NCBI GenBank assembly: GCA_963744145.1
Contig: CAVUSO010000001.1
Coordinates: 608,001 to 672,000 of the forward strand
DNA: 64,000 nucleotides
Direction of reading: 5' to 3'
Origin: an uncultured cyanobacterium
Lineage (GTDB): Bacteria > Cyanobacteriota > Cyanobacteriia > Cyanobacteriales > CAWUOF01
A program made the translations under genes and the position numbers. Positions 24,723 to 34,312 of this stretch are shown here, one piece after another. Positions within the stretch are counted from its first letter, which is position 1; the number at the start of each line of letters is the position of its first letter. The notes under the pieces are model-generated. The model was not told the origin of the DNA, ran no database searches, and saw only the letters and a list, made by a program, of their open reading frames with translations.

Positions 24723-26031
24723 TTACCCAAGCAGATAACGGTAAGAAAAACTCACCATTCCATTCACCAAATAATCCCATAGGATGACCACCACTTAGAG
24801 CTAGTAAATGCCATCCTTGCTCAAAATTTCTTGAGATTGGTAAAATATATTGAGATTGATCAGCGATCGCCCAACTATTTTTATCGAATATCGGAATAAC
24901 AGCAGTTAATGGAACTGGAAATATTTCGAGCCAAGGATAGAGTGCGATCGCGTTTGTATAAGCTGTATTCATGGCGACAATATTACTATATCCTAGCATA
25001 TTTTTAAACTCAACCATCCCATGACGAACTTTCACTAATGCTCTTAAGGAATAAGCACTGGGAAAAAATACTAATTCAGCATCGATACAAGTACCTACAG
25101 TTAAACTTAGATCTAATGCTTGATTCCCGTAGGTGAAATTTAGAATTAAGGCTGATTTACCACTTTCTTCTCCCCATAACCAAATTCGTTGTACTTTTAG
25201 CTTATCTTCTTGCTCAATTCGTTGTCCTAACACTAACCAGCGATCGCGAATTCCCTTTTCTATTAAAACTTCTTCCTGATTTATCGTCCAACCAATTAAG
25301 CTGCGAATATCTGCAACTGTAGTTAAGGGTAGCTTTTCTAACTGTTGATATCCTGTAATTAATAAATGTAACCGTCCGAGTTTTGTTAATAATTTTTCTG
25401 CCCAATTATCCAGGGAAGTAGGAATACTACCCAATTCGCGGACTAATCGGGCTAAACCAGGTGCTTGAGCATCTACCATTCTCGCTGCGGTTCCATCCCA
25501 AAAACTATAGGGTTGTTCTTTTGCTGTTGCTAATCCTTGACGAATTAAATCTTGGACCCAATAAGTCAATTCTTCAACTCCAGCAGCAACTTTTTCATCC
25601 CTTTGTGCTGCTGTTTTCGCTTGTTTAGCACTTCGTTTCGCTGCTGTTGCTGGATCAAGTGGTGTTTCTGACTTAGATTCAGTTTTTTTTGTCTGCTTTT
25701 GTAACCGCAAATTCATCCATTCTGATACCCAATCTGGTGGTGAAGTTTGGGTAAAAGCCGATGCTTGGTTATTATATAAAAGAAAAAGCCCTAAAGAATG
25801 CTTACAGGGAAATTTGCGACTAGGACAACTACATTTGAATGCTAATTCATTTAAGTCTATCTGCGTTTGGTATGGTTTGCTCCCACTACCTTTGCATTCT
25901 CCCCATAGCGCTGCTTGATTAGAACCTAGGGTCACCCAATGACCGACAACAGCTAATTCCTTGCCCTTTTTAGCTGAACTCGGGTCAGGTGCCATTGCTA
26001 AAATTTGTTCACTTGTCCAGGTTGGAAACAT
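24700..26031 (-). CDS. SWIM zinc-finger protein
   Basis: WGECKGSG..PY, CSCPSRKFPCKH, AARMVDAQAPG. Confidence 0.88.
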   Translation of the reverse strand: MFPTWTSEQILAMAPDPSSAKKGKELAVVGHWVTLGSNQAALWGECKGSGSKPYQTQIDLNELAFKCSCPSRKFPCKHSLGLFLLYNNQASAFTQTSPPDWVSEWMNLRLQKQTKKTESKSETPLDPATAAKRSAKQAKTAAQRDEKVAAGVEELTYWVQDLIRQGLATAKEQPYSFWDGTAARMVDAQAPGLARLVRELGSIPTSLDNWAEKLLTKLGRLHLLITGYQQLEKLPLTTVADIRSLIGWTINQEEVLIEKGIRDRWLVLGQRIEQEDKLKVQRIWLWGEESGKSALILNFTYGNQALDLSLTVGTCIDAELVFFPSAYSLRALVKVRHGMVEFKNMLGYSNIVAMNTAYTNAIALYPWLEIFPVPLTAVIPIFDKNSWAIADQSQYILPISRNFEQGWHLLALSGGHPMGLFGEWNGEFFLPLSAWVNGTLYQF

Positions 26032-26149
26032 CCGACATTTTCTCCCTTAGACTGATTTGATTAAATAACTTTAAACCACCATTTGCTGCTAAAGCCATTA
26101 GCTTGATGATCCAAGTACCCAGTAAGTTATTGTCCTGATACCAGTTCCG

Positions 26150-29100
26150 TTATTTAGTATGATTCTTTCCAGTGCCGATATCGTCGCAAAGATGCCTATC
26201 ACGCTCACTAGCATCAGAATCTGGATTGTGCAAATAAGGGTATAGCCAATTGCAACCCATTTCCAGGAGATGGTTTAAATCAAAATCTAAATTCCACAAG
26301 ATGATAGTTGTGTCACTACTACCAGAAGCTAAGGTTTTCCCATCAGGACTAAAACTTACACTATTGACCTTATCATAATGGCCAGAGAAAGTAATAAGTT
26401 CTTTTCCTGTACTTGTATTCCAGAGTTTTATGGTTTTGTCTAAACTACCAGTAGCCAAGATTTTTCCATCGGGGCTGAAACTTACGCTCCCAGCCGTATC
26501 GTCATGACCAGAGAGAGTGCGAATTTCTTTTCCTATCCTCACATCCCATAATTTTATAATACCGCCAAAACTACTGGTAGCCAAGGTTTTCCCATCGGGG
26601 CTGAAACTTATGCTATTGACCGGATTATTATGGCCAGAGAGAGTGAGCAATTCCTTTCCTGTCCTCACATCCCAGAGTTTGATGGTCTTGTCAACACTAC
26701 CGGAGGCCAATATTGTCCCCTCGGGGTTGAAACTTACACTCAAGACTTCAGCCCTATGACCAGAAAGAGTGGAAAGTTCCTTTCCTGTCCTCACATCCCA
26801 GAGTTTAATGGTCTTGTCTAAACTACCGGAGACCAAGGTTTTCCCATCAGGGCTGAAATTTATGCTCATGATCCCATTACCATGACCAGGGAGAGTGAGA
26901 AGTTCCTTTCCTGTCTTCACATCCCAGAGTTTGATAGTCTTGTCCCCACTACCGGAGGCCAAGGTTTTCCCATCGGGGCTGAAACTTATGCTATAGACCG
27001 GATTACTATGGCCAGAGAGCGTGAGCAGCTCCTTTTTTGTCCTCACATCCCAGAGTTTGATAGTCTTGTCTAAACTACCGGAGGCCAAGGTTTTCCCATC
27101 GGGGCTGAAACTTACGCTCCAGACTACATCATTATGACCAAAGAGAGTGGGAAGTTCCTTTCCTATCCTCACATCCCAGAGTTTGATGGTATCGTCTAAA
27201 CTACCGGAGGCCAAGGTTTTCCCATCGGGGCTGAAATTTACGCTCCAAACCCGATTATTATGACCAGAGAGAGTGAGAAGTTCCTGTCCCGTACCCACAT
27301 CCCAAAGTTTGATAGTCTTGTCCCCACTACCGGAGGCCAAGGTTTTCCCATCGGGGCTGAAATTTACGCTATTGACCGGATTATCATGACCAGAGAGAAT
27401 GAGAAGTTCCTTTCCTGTCCTCACATCCCAGAGTTTAATGGTCTTGTCATCGCTACCGGAGGCCAAGGTTTTCCCATCAGAGCTGAAACTGACACTCCCG
27501 ACCGCAGCACTATGGCCAGAGAGAGTGCGAAGTTCCTGTCCCGTACTCACATCCCAGAGTTTGATGGTCTTATCCTCACTACCAGATGCCAAGGTTTTCC
27601 CATCGGAGCTGAAACTTACGCTCCAGACTCCATTACTATGACCAGAGAGAGTGCGAAGTTCCTTTCCTGTCCTCACATCCCAGAGTTTAATGGTCTCGTC
27701 CTTACTACTGGTAGCTAAGATGTTCCCGTCGGGGCTAAAACTTACACTCTCCACCTTTGCTCTATGACCAGAGAGAGTAAGAAGTTCCTTTCCTGTCCTC
27801 ACATCCCAGAGTTTGATGGTCTTGTCCTCACTACCAGATGCCAAGGTCTTTCCATCAGGGCTGAAACTTACGCTCCAAACTTGATTATTATGACCAGAGA
27901 AAGTAAGAAGTTCCTTTCCTGTCCTCACATCCCAGAGTTTGATGGTATTGTCTTTACTACCGCTAGCCAAGGTGTTCCCATCGGGACTAAAACTTACGCT
28001 TCTCACATAATCACTATGCTTTACTAAACGGTTGTGTTCCGTAACATCAAAAATTGATTTTTGTAAAACTTTTGTCACTATTGAGTAAGGTTCTATCACT
28101 GCTGGGTCGTTCTTTTCTTCTTTCTTCAAGCTATTTCCCACAGTAATTGCGGAAATTAAAGCATCAAATATTTGACCATTATTCAGTAGTGATAAAGATT
28201 CTTGCCCTTGAGCTTTTATTAAATTAATGTTAGCTTTTTTCCTCTCTTGTAAAGCGTCGATGGTAGCCCCAATTGCGACGATCGCTACTACTGTCATTAC
28301 CCCTAGCAGTGAACGTAACATTACCACTCGCTGTTTTTCCTGTTTAGCAACAGCATTAATCCCATTGCGGCTAGAATTAATAAACTTAGTTTGCAGTTCC
28401 GTGACGTAGGGTTGCTTTTTGCCTTGATTTGCTTGTTTGAACCAGTCGTCTGCGATCGCAAATTCACTTCCATGCAGTAATAAATCACTATTATGATTCT
28501 CGCTTTCCCATTCAATTGCTCGACGCAACCATTTAGTATGACTATGAATATATTCTCTGTCTGTATCTAGGGTTCTGATCAATTGATTCAGATGATCATA
28601 AAAATCCCCTACCCTTTGTCGAAAATCAATCCACTGGATCTTGGCTAAGGCTGGATGTAAATCAGCAGTATTTATCTCTTGATGCAAGATCGTAATAAAG
28701 CGTTTGTTAAGTTTAGCTGCATATTCCACTTCATCCGCACAGTAGGGAGAATTAATTGAACGTGGTGACAGAATAAATAAAAAGTTGTCCGCACTCTCAA
28801 TTCCCAGATAAATCTCTTTCTGAAAATCAGCTCCTGATGCAATACTCTCCTGGTCAAACCAAGTTGTTTTTCCGCGCATATGCAATTCATCATTTAATGA
28901 ACGGGCTAGATCCGAATCAGATCTGGAGTAGGAGATAAATACATCTAGGGATGCGGCTGGTGGTTGGCGCAAACTTTCCCTAATAAACTCTTGCTGTAAT
29001 GGTGTAGGCTGATATTGGGTTTTCTGTTCCGCCCTCTTCAACCACACTTCTGCATGGCGTAAATTGTAGCCCTGTAGTAAAATAATCGGGTTGCGGTGCT

Positions 29101-30607
29101 GTTGTTCCCATTTGATCGCTTTGCTTAACAGCATTTTATGCTCTTCGTAATAGCTCTCCTCTTCCCGTAAAACCTTGAGCAAATCATCCAAATCCCGACG
29201 TAAATCTACCTCCGTTTGATTGTCAGTAAAGTCGATAAATTGTAATCCTCGGATGATGGGCGGAATTTCCGCCAAGTCGGTGGTTCGGATTAACAGGGGA
29301 ATAATCCGTTTATTCAGACTGAGGGCATAGTTAATCTCTTGCTGGCAATAATACGATGTCAGTGCATCGGATGAGATTAAATAGACAATGTTATCCGCTT
29401 GTTCAATTCCCCGATTGATTGCCTCCTCAAATACCTCCCCTGTTTTAATGTCTGTCTTATTTGTCCAAATTGTGATTCCTTCTCGCAACAAGATCTCGCG
29501 AATTTGGTGCATCCTAGCAATATCTACGTCCGAATAGGAGATAAACACCTGGGTCATTAAGTTATTCGCATTCTTGATGCTCTCGCACACTAACTCACAG
29601 TGCAGCAATGTTGGTTCACAGGGTGGTTGTTCTTCCTGAAACCGATATTTTAGCCATGCTTCTCCTGCTTCCCGTTCTTCTCCAATCAATAAATACCGAG
29701 TTTGTTTCTGCTGCTGTTCCCATTCGATCGCTCGATTTAAGAAAAATGTATGCTGGTGTACATAATCCTGATGACGATGAAATATGTCTATTAATCCGCT
29801 AAATCCTTTCTCAAAATCATCAATCTCTTCCTGAACATAGATCCAGTTGATTTTGCTAATCATGGGAGGCATATTCGGGAAACTGGAATGTAATCCCTGT
29901 TTTTGATAGCTCTCCCATTCTGACTCTGACTTGCTAGGATGACGCTGTTGCCAAGTCTCCTGGCTAATTTCTCCAACGTGCAGCAGTGGAATAATTCGTT
30001 TTTTAAGTTTGATGGCTAGTTCAATTTCTTTGCGACAATAGGGAGAGTTAATGGAATGAGGCGAAATTAGAAACAGAAAATTATCAGCTTTGGTGATCCC
30101 ATCATCAATTTGATTTTGATAATCAACCCCCAAGGGAATATCATTAAAATCAAACCACACTTTAAACCCATTATTATGTAGTCGTTCTTGCAGTTTGGCA
30201 GCAAAGGCTTTACTATCAGCTCGACCATAGGAAATAAAGGCATCGTAAAGATTGGTGTTGATGTTTCGACTCCCTTCGACTACCCCTTCGACTACGCTCA
30301 GGGCAAGGCTCAGGGCACGCTCAGGGCAAGGATCAGTGTCAAGATCAGTGTCAAGATCAGGGCAAGGCGTGCCCTGAGGGGAATCGAAAGGCACAGTTGA
30401 AACATCGTTACTTGGGAATTTAGAAATATCCATAGTATCCATGATAATTTTAAAAATGATATGAGGATTTATTTTAGAATAACTTATTAATTTACCAACC
30501 GAGTAAAAATTAGTAAAATATTGCGATCGCCAATCAAAGATTCGCACTAATGGACATATCCAAGATCTGGAAAAGAGGTGAGCTATACCTATTCTAAAGT
30601 TCACCAC
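26150..30607 (-). CDS. Triple TIR-domain, single-TM, 14xWD40 protein (start may be ~30442)
   Basis: Three FISY...S.YC..E TIR units, hydrophobic segment LLGVMTVVAIVAIGA, 14 GH...SVSFSPDG..LASGS.D.TIKLWD repeats. Confidence 0.9.
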   Translation of the reverse strand: MVNFRIGIAHLFSRSWICPLVRIFDWRSQYFTNFYSVGKLISYSKINPHIIFKIIMDTMDISKFPSNDVSTVPFDSPQGTPCPDLDTDLDTDPCPERALSLALSVVEGVVEGSRNINTNLYDAFISYGRADSKAFAAKLQERLHNNGFKVWFDFNDIPLGVDYQNQIDDGITKADNFLFLISPHSINSPYCRKEIELAIKLKKRIIPLLHVGEISQETWQQRHPSKSESEWESYQKQGLHSSFPNMPPMISKINWIYVQEEIDDFEKGFSGLIDIFHRHQDYVHQHTFFLNRAIEWEQQQKQTRYLLIGEEREAGEAWLKYRFQEEQPPCEPTLLHCELVCESIKNANNLMTQVFISYSDVDIARMHQIREILLREGITIWTNKTDIKTGEVFEEAINRGIEQADNIVYLISSDALTSYYCQQEINYALSLNKRIIPLLIRTTDLAEIPPIIRGLQFIDFTDNQTEVDLRRDLDDLLKVLREEESYYEEHKMLLSKAIKWEQQHRNPIILLQGYNLRHAEVWLKRAEQKTQYQPTPLQQEFIRESLRQPPAASLDVFISYSRSDSDLARSLNDELHMRGKTTWFDQESIASGADFQKEIYLGIESADNFLFILSPRSINSPYCADEVEYAAKLNKRFITILHQEINTADLHPALAKIQWIDFRQRVGDFYDHLNQLIRTLDTDREYIHSHTKWLRRAIEWESENHNSDLLLHGSEFAIADDWFKQANQGKKQPYVTELQTKFINSSRNGINAVAKQEKQRVVMLRSLLGVMTVVAIVAIGATIDALQERKKANINLIKAQGQESLSLLNNGQIFDALISAITVGNSLKKEEKNDPAVIEPYSIVTKVLQKSIFDVTEHNRLVKHSDYVRSVSFSPDGNTLASGSKDNTIKLWDVRTGKELLTFSGHNNQVWSVSFSPDGKTLASGSEDKTIKLWDVRTGKELLTLSGHRAKVESVSFSPDGNILATSSKDETIKLWDVRTGKELRTLSGHSNGVWSVSFSSDGKTLASGSEDKTIKLWDVSTGQELRTLSGHSAAVGSVSFSSDGKTLASGSDDKTIKLWDVRTGKELLILSGHDNPVNSVNFSPDGKTLASGSGDKTIKLWDVGTGQELLTLSGHNNRVWSVNFSPDGKTLASGSLDDTIKLWDVRIGKELPTLFGHNDVVWSVSFSPDGKTLASGSLDKTIKLWDVRTKKELLTLSGHSNPVYSISFSPDGKTLASGSGDKTIKLWDVKTGKELLTLPGHGNGIMSINFSPDGKTLVSGSLDKTIKLWDVRTGKELSTLSGHRAEVLSVSFNPEGTILASGSVDKTIKLWDVRTGKELLTLSGHNNPVNSISFSPDGKTLATSSFGGIIKLWDVRIGKEIRTLSGHDDTAGSVSFSPDGKILATGSLDKTIKLWNTSTGKELITFSGHYDKVNSVSFSPDGKTLASGSSDTTIILWNLDFDLNHLLEMGCNWLYPYLHNPDSDASERDRHLCDDIGTGKNHTK
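26290..28020 (-). repeat. 14 highly similar 126-bp WD40-coding tandem repeats
   Basis: Recurrent CACATCCCAGAGTTT and GGGCTGAAACTTA at 126-bp period. Confidence 0.9.
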
Positions 30608-30614
30608 TGACTCA

Positions 30615-33215
30615 TTATTGCCAATTGCCAGCTAAAACAAAGGCTGACCACTTCGCTGGATGACGACTGTTAGAATTAGCAATTATCTTCAGTTGTGCTT
30701 GTCGCAATGCTTCGGCTTTGGTAATTCCTGGTTGTCGTAGCATCTGGTAAAAGTTTGTCATTAATGGCACTGTATCGGCATCATTTACATACCAAAGACT
30801 GGCAAGAGTAGTTTGTACGCCCGCTCGCAAAGCGATCCCAGCAATACCAAGGGTAGAGCGATCGTTTCCCGCAGCAGTTTGACAGGCACTTAAGGTTAAT
30901 AAGTCTATCGGTTGTTTGCTCTGACGTAGGATATTTTCAAAGTCATTTAGGAATAATCTTTGGTCAAATATTTGCAAAAAGGTATCATTAGCATCTGCGC
31001 CAAATTTGCCGTGAGTTGCTATGTGAATGATGGCATAATTGTCGCTATAGATTTGCTTTTGTAAATTGGCTAAAGTGAAGTCTTTATCCAAAAATATATC
31101 TCCCCCAATAATCTTCTGAATGCCCTTAGTTTCGTCCAAAACATTAGGTAATGCAGAAAAAGGAGGCTTGGCCACGCTTAAACCAAAAATGAGGGCTTTC
31201 GCGTTGGCTAAAGTTGGTTTTTTCCTAGTAGTTAAGTTTAATCCTAGTGTTGTGGTTATGGCATATTTTTCTATCAAAAATTGTTTGCCATCGTACAAAG
31301 CTGCCATTGGTACTTTTCTTAATGATCCATCATTAATAAACAGCAAAGTCCTGGGTTTAGCTTTTTCTAAATCTGTTACCATTGGTTTAATTATCCAGTC
31401 ATAAACCTTCTGACTTTCTGTGAGATACGCATCACTAGATATATCTTCTAAGGTAACCCGGAGTTGGTCAATTTGTTCTTCAATTTCCTGACGCGATCGC
31501 TGAACTGGATATTGTTTAAGGGAACCATCTGGTAAATGTAAGATCAGGTAAGTGCGATCGCCTAAAATAATTGAGTTGATTACAGCAGTATTAGTTTTTG
31601 CCAGTTCGCTATTCGGGTTGATGCGATCGCGAGCTATTTCTACACATTCGTCACCAAAAAAGTTCTGGATTTCATTCAATTGCAACGATTCTAAAACCTG
31701 AAGCGCTTCTTCTATTTTCGGTTGAGAATTACTGGATTGGCTTTGACTAAGCAATAAATCAATCTGTTCCCGATAGACTGATTCCACTGAATCACGCAAC
31801 TCAAATTGTAAGTCTTTACTAGCAGCAACCACATCCCTCCGAATATTCTGGAGTGTGGCGATCGCTTCTTCATAAGATAAAACTGCTAATTCAGTTTGTC
31901 CGTTAGCTTTATAAATACGTCCTATTTGGGCTTGCCAGCGATAAAGACTATCTCCGGCATTAGCTTGTTGAGCAGATAATATAGCTTGTTGAGTTAGTTG
32001 TAAAGCTATTGCCAAATTTCCGGTTTGTTCATAAATTTTTCCTAAACTTCCTAATCCAAAAGATTCACCGCGTTGATCACCTATTTTTCTAGCAATAGTG
32101 ATCGCTTTTTCCAAGATTTTTACTTTTTGTTGCACCGTTAAGACGGAATTGTTAGATGTTGAGGTTGAGTTCCCTACTTCTGTAGCACTAATTAAAGTAT
32201 ATGCTTTGGCACGAGAATCGGGTGCTGCTTCTATTAGTTTTATTGCTTGGGAGGTATAACCAACGAGTTGATCCTGTGGTAGTGATGGTAATTGACTAAA
32301 AACGAGTTTATCCTGTGGTGGTGATGGTAATTGACTAGAAAAGAGAACTAAATTCAATAATGCTTTGGCTTGCCATATTCCACCTAATGCTTGACTTTGC
32401 TGGATCGTAAGTTCGTAGTATGAACGAGCTTTGGCTGCATCTTTTTGGGCTAAATCCATCAAACGACTTTCTTCTTTCTCCTCTCCCTCCTTTGCCGCAG
32501 ACTTAGCTTCTTGTAAATACCGCTTATAGCGACGCTGGAAAACATTTCCCAAATTATTTGAGTTTATACTCATGAGACTAGAATTCTTTAAGCCTGTGGC
32601 TAAATTCAAACTCCGATCATAAGCAACGATCGCTTTTTCTAAGTCTCCCCCAAGGTAATAAGCATTACCTAATACCCCTTGTGCTGCGGCTTCTATGCTT
32701 TGCTTTTGCTCTTTACGCGCTAACTCTACTACTGACTGCAAAATTGGCACAGCAACCCGAAATTGCCCCAATGCGTTGTAAGTCTGTGCTTGTTCCATCA
32801 ATACTTGCGCGAGGATTTGATGGGATTCCCGATCTGAGAGCAATTGATAAATTTTTGCGGCTTTTTTCCATTGGGCGATCGCTTCTCCTAAATTCCCTAT
32901 TTGACGATATGCTGACCCCAAGTTACTGTAGATTGTGGCTTTTTCTTTTTGGTTGGATGTTTGGGACAGCATTGATAACCAAATCCCGATCGCTTCTTGA
33001 TACTTTCCAGCATTATAGCGATCGCTACCTTCATCTCCCAAACTAATCTGAGCAGGTATTTCGAGCTTATAATCAGATTTTTCACTAATTAATTGACCAG
33101 ATTTTATTGCAGGAAGTCGCTCAGTAGCGTTCACAATTTCTAACCAATTTAACCCCCCGATAATTAATGATAATATACAGATGTAAACTTGTTTTTCTTG
33201 CATGTTCAAGCCCAA
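30615..33215 (-). CDS. TPR-CHAT (caspase-HetF family) protein
   Basis: N-terminal hydrophobic leader, TPRs, HIATHG and LSACQT catalytic His/Cys, ASLWYVND, HP..W..FVL.GNW. Confidence 0.92.
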   Translation of the reverse strand: MGLNMQEKQVYICILSLIIGGLNWLEIVNATERLPAIKSGQLISEKSDYKLEIPAQISLGDEGSDRYNAGKYQEAIGIWLSMLSQTSNQKEKATIYSNLGSAYRQIGNLGEAIAQWKKAAKIYQLLSDRESHQILAQVLMEQAQTYNALGQFRVAVPILQSVVELARKEQKQSIEAAAQGVLGNAYYLGGDLEKAIVAYDRSLNLATGLKNSSLMSINSNNLGNVFQRRYKRYLQEAKSAAKEGEEKEESRLMDLAQKDAAKARSYYELTIQQSQALGGIWQAKALLNLVLFSSQLPSPPQDKLVFSQLPSLPQDQLVGYTSQAIKLIEAAPDSRAKAYTLISATEVGNSTSTSNNSVLTVQQKVKILEKAITIARKIGDQRGESFGLGSLGKIYEQTGNLAIALQLTQQAILSAQQANAGDSLYRWQAQIGRIYKANGQTELAVLSYEEAIATLQNIRRDVVAASKDLQFELRDSVESVYREQIDLLLSQSQSSNSQPKIEEALQVLESLQLNEIQNFFGDECVEIARDRINPNSELAKTNTAVINSIILGDRTYLILHLPDGSLKQYPVQRSRQEIEEQIDQLRVTLEDISSDAYLTESQKVYDWIIKPMVTDLEKAKPRTLLFINDGSLRKVPMAALYDGKQFLIEKYAITTTLGLNLTTRKKPTLANAKALIFGLSVAKPPFSALPNVLDETKGIQKIIGGDIFLDKDFTLANLQKQIYSDNYAIIHIATHGKFGADANDTFLQIFDQRLFLNDFENILRQSKQPIDLLTLSACQTAAGNDRSTLGIAGIALRAGVQTTLASLWYVNDADTVPLMTNFYQMLRQPGITKAEALRQAQLKIIANSNSRHPAKWSAFVLAGNWQ

Positions 33216-33286
33216 TCCCTAGCAGACGCTATTAATTAATTTTAGTGATTAACTTAGAAATGAAAATTAAATAACATGATGGTTCA

Positions 33287-33335
33287 GGATCGCCGTGAGT
33301 GCCCTGAGCATAGTCGAAGGGCGCTCACGGCAATC
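33287..33335. repeat. REP-like hairpin containing CCCTGAGCATAGTCGAAGGG
   Basis: GGATCGCCGTGAG...CTCACGGCAATCC stem; same core as at ~30270-30390 and 60380-60500. Confidence 0.6.
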
Positions 33336-33382
33336 CTAAGCAAATTATTTAATTTCTATTTCTTATCTGACTATTCCCTCTA

Positions 33383-34192
33383 CTAATTGCTCGCTAGAGA
33401 TTGTGGTTGGGAAATATCGATGTTAGATAAACCCTCTTGATCTAGTAGAAAGCGGAAATATTGGGCACTTAATTTATCTCCAGGGTTTGTTAAATAGGCT
33501 GCTTTAGAAATATTGGCAATTGCATCATACCAAAAGCCCGACTTGGCATAAATAGCAGCAATTTGGTACAACTTCTGTGCAGAGGATTGATCTCTGGGAT
33601 CAAGTTTAAGTTGAGGATTTTTTTGAGTAGAATTATCAATCCGTTTAATTAAACCCTGCACATAGATATTTTTGGAGGGATGTTTAGCATTGCAGATTAG
33701 GGAAACAGTCCAGCGATATTCTTGATCAGCGGACAAGCCCTGCACATTATTGGGTAGTTCTAGTTGAAAAATACCATTTTTGACGTTGGAGAATTGTTTA
33801 ACTAGTAATGGTTTTGATACTCCAGGTTGTGTTAGCTCAAATTTCATTACATTTGATGGTGTTTTGGAGACATACCAAAAGAATGTAGGATGATCCGTAG
33901 ATGTTAAGCCAATGTGATCACTGGGAATTAGTAATGAAAGTGAACCAATGGAGTCTGATGGACAGCCTTCTCCCCGCGAACCTGCTGATTCTTGACGTTG
34001 AATTTGAGATTTACTGGTTGGAGGAACGTACTTTTCAAAATCCTCGGCTAAAGCTTTGGTACTGAAAACATTTGGCTGTCCAAAAAAGTTTACAGGGGAG
34101 TATTTGCTCCAGAAATTAAAGGCACCTGTGGATTGCAGTAGGGTAAAAAGAACTGCCCCAGTAAGGATTGTCGTAAATTTAGGGTTAGTCAT
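33383..34192 (-). CDS. DUF928-family protein
   Basis: AGSRG..C, GLT...HPTFFWYV, YRWTVSLIC, YAKSGFWYDA. Confidence 0.85.
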   Translation of the reverse strand: MTNPKFTTILTGAVLFTLLQSTGAFNFWSKYSPVNFFGQPNVFSTKALAEDFEKYVPPTSKSQIQRQESAGSRGEGCPSDSIGSLSLLIPSDHIGLTSTDHPTFFWYVSKTPSNVMKFELTQPGVSKPLLVKQFSNVKNGIFQLELPNNVQGLSADQEYRWTVSLICNAKHPSKNIYVQGLIKRIDNSTQKNPQLKLDPRDQSSAQKLYQIAAIYAKSGFWYDAIANISKAAYLTNPGDKLSAQYFRFLLDQEGLSNIDISQPQSLASN

Positions 34193-34312
34193 GGATTTAG
34201 AAAAAAAGCTTATAACGAAGATACCATATTGATATATTTATTTACAATATTTCGGAGAGTTTTTGATTGCCAATGGTAAAATAGAGTTTAATCAACTTAG
34301 TGTTCTCGATCT

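Noticed and set aside
26290-28020. Regularly spaced repeats resembling a CRISPR array
   Set aside because: 126-bp in-frame WD40 coding units with no unique spacers and no cas genes
26517-28027. Several plus-strand ORFs over the WD40 region
   Set aside because: Antisense shadows of the coding repeats; other short overlapping ORFs in the track were rejected likewise
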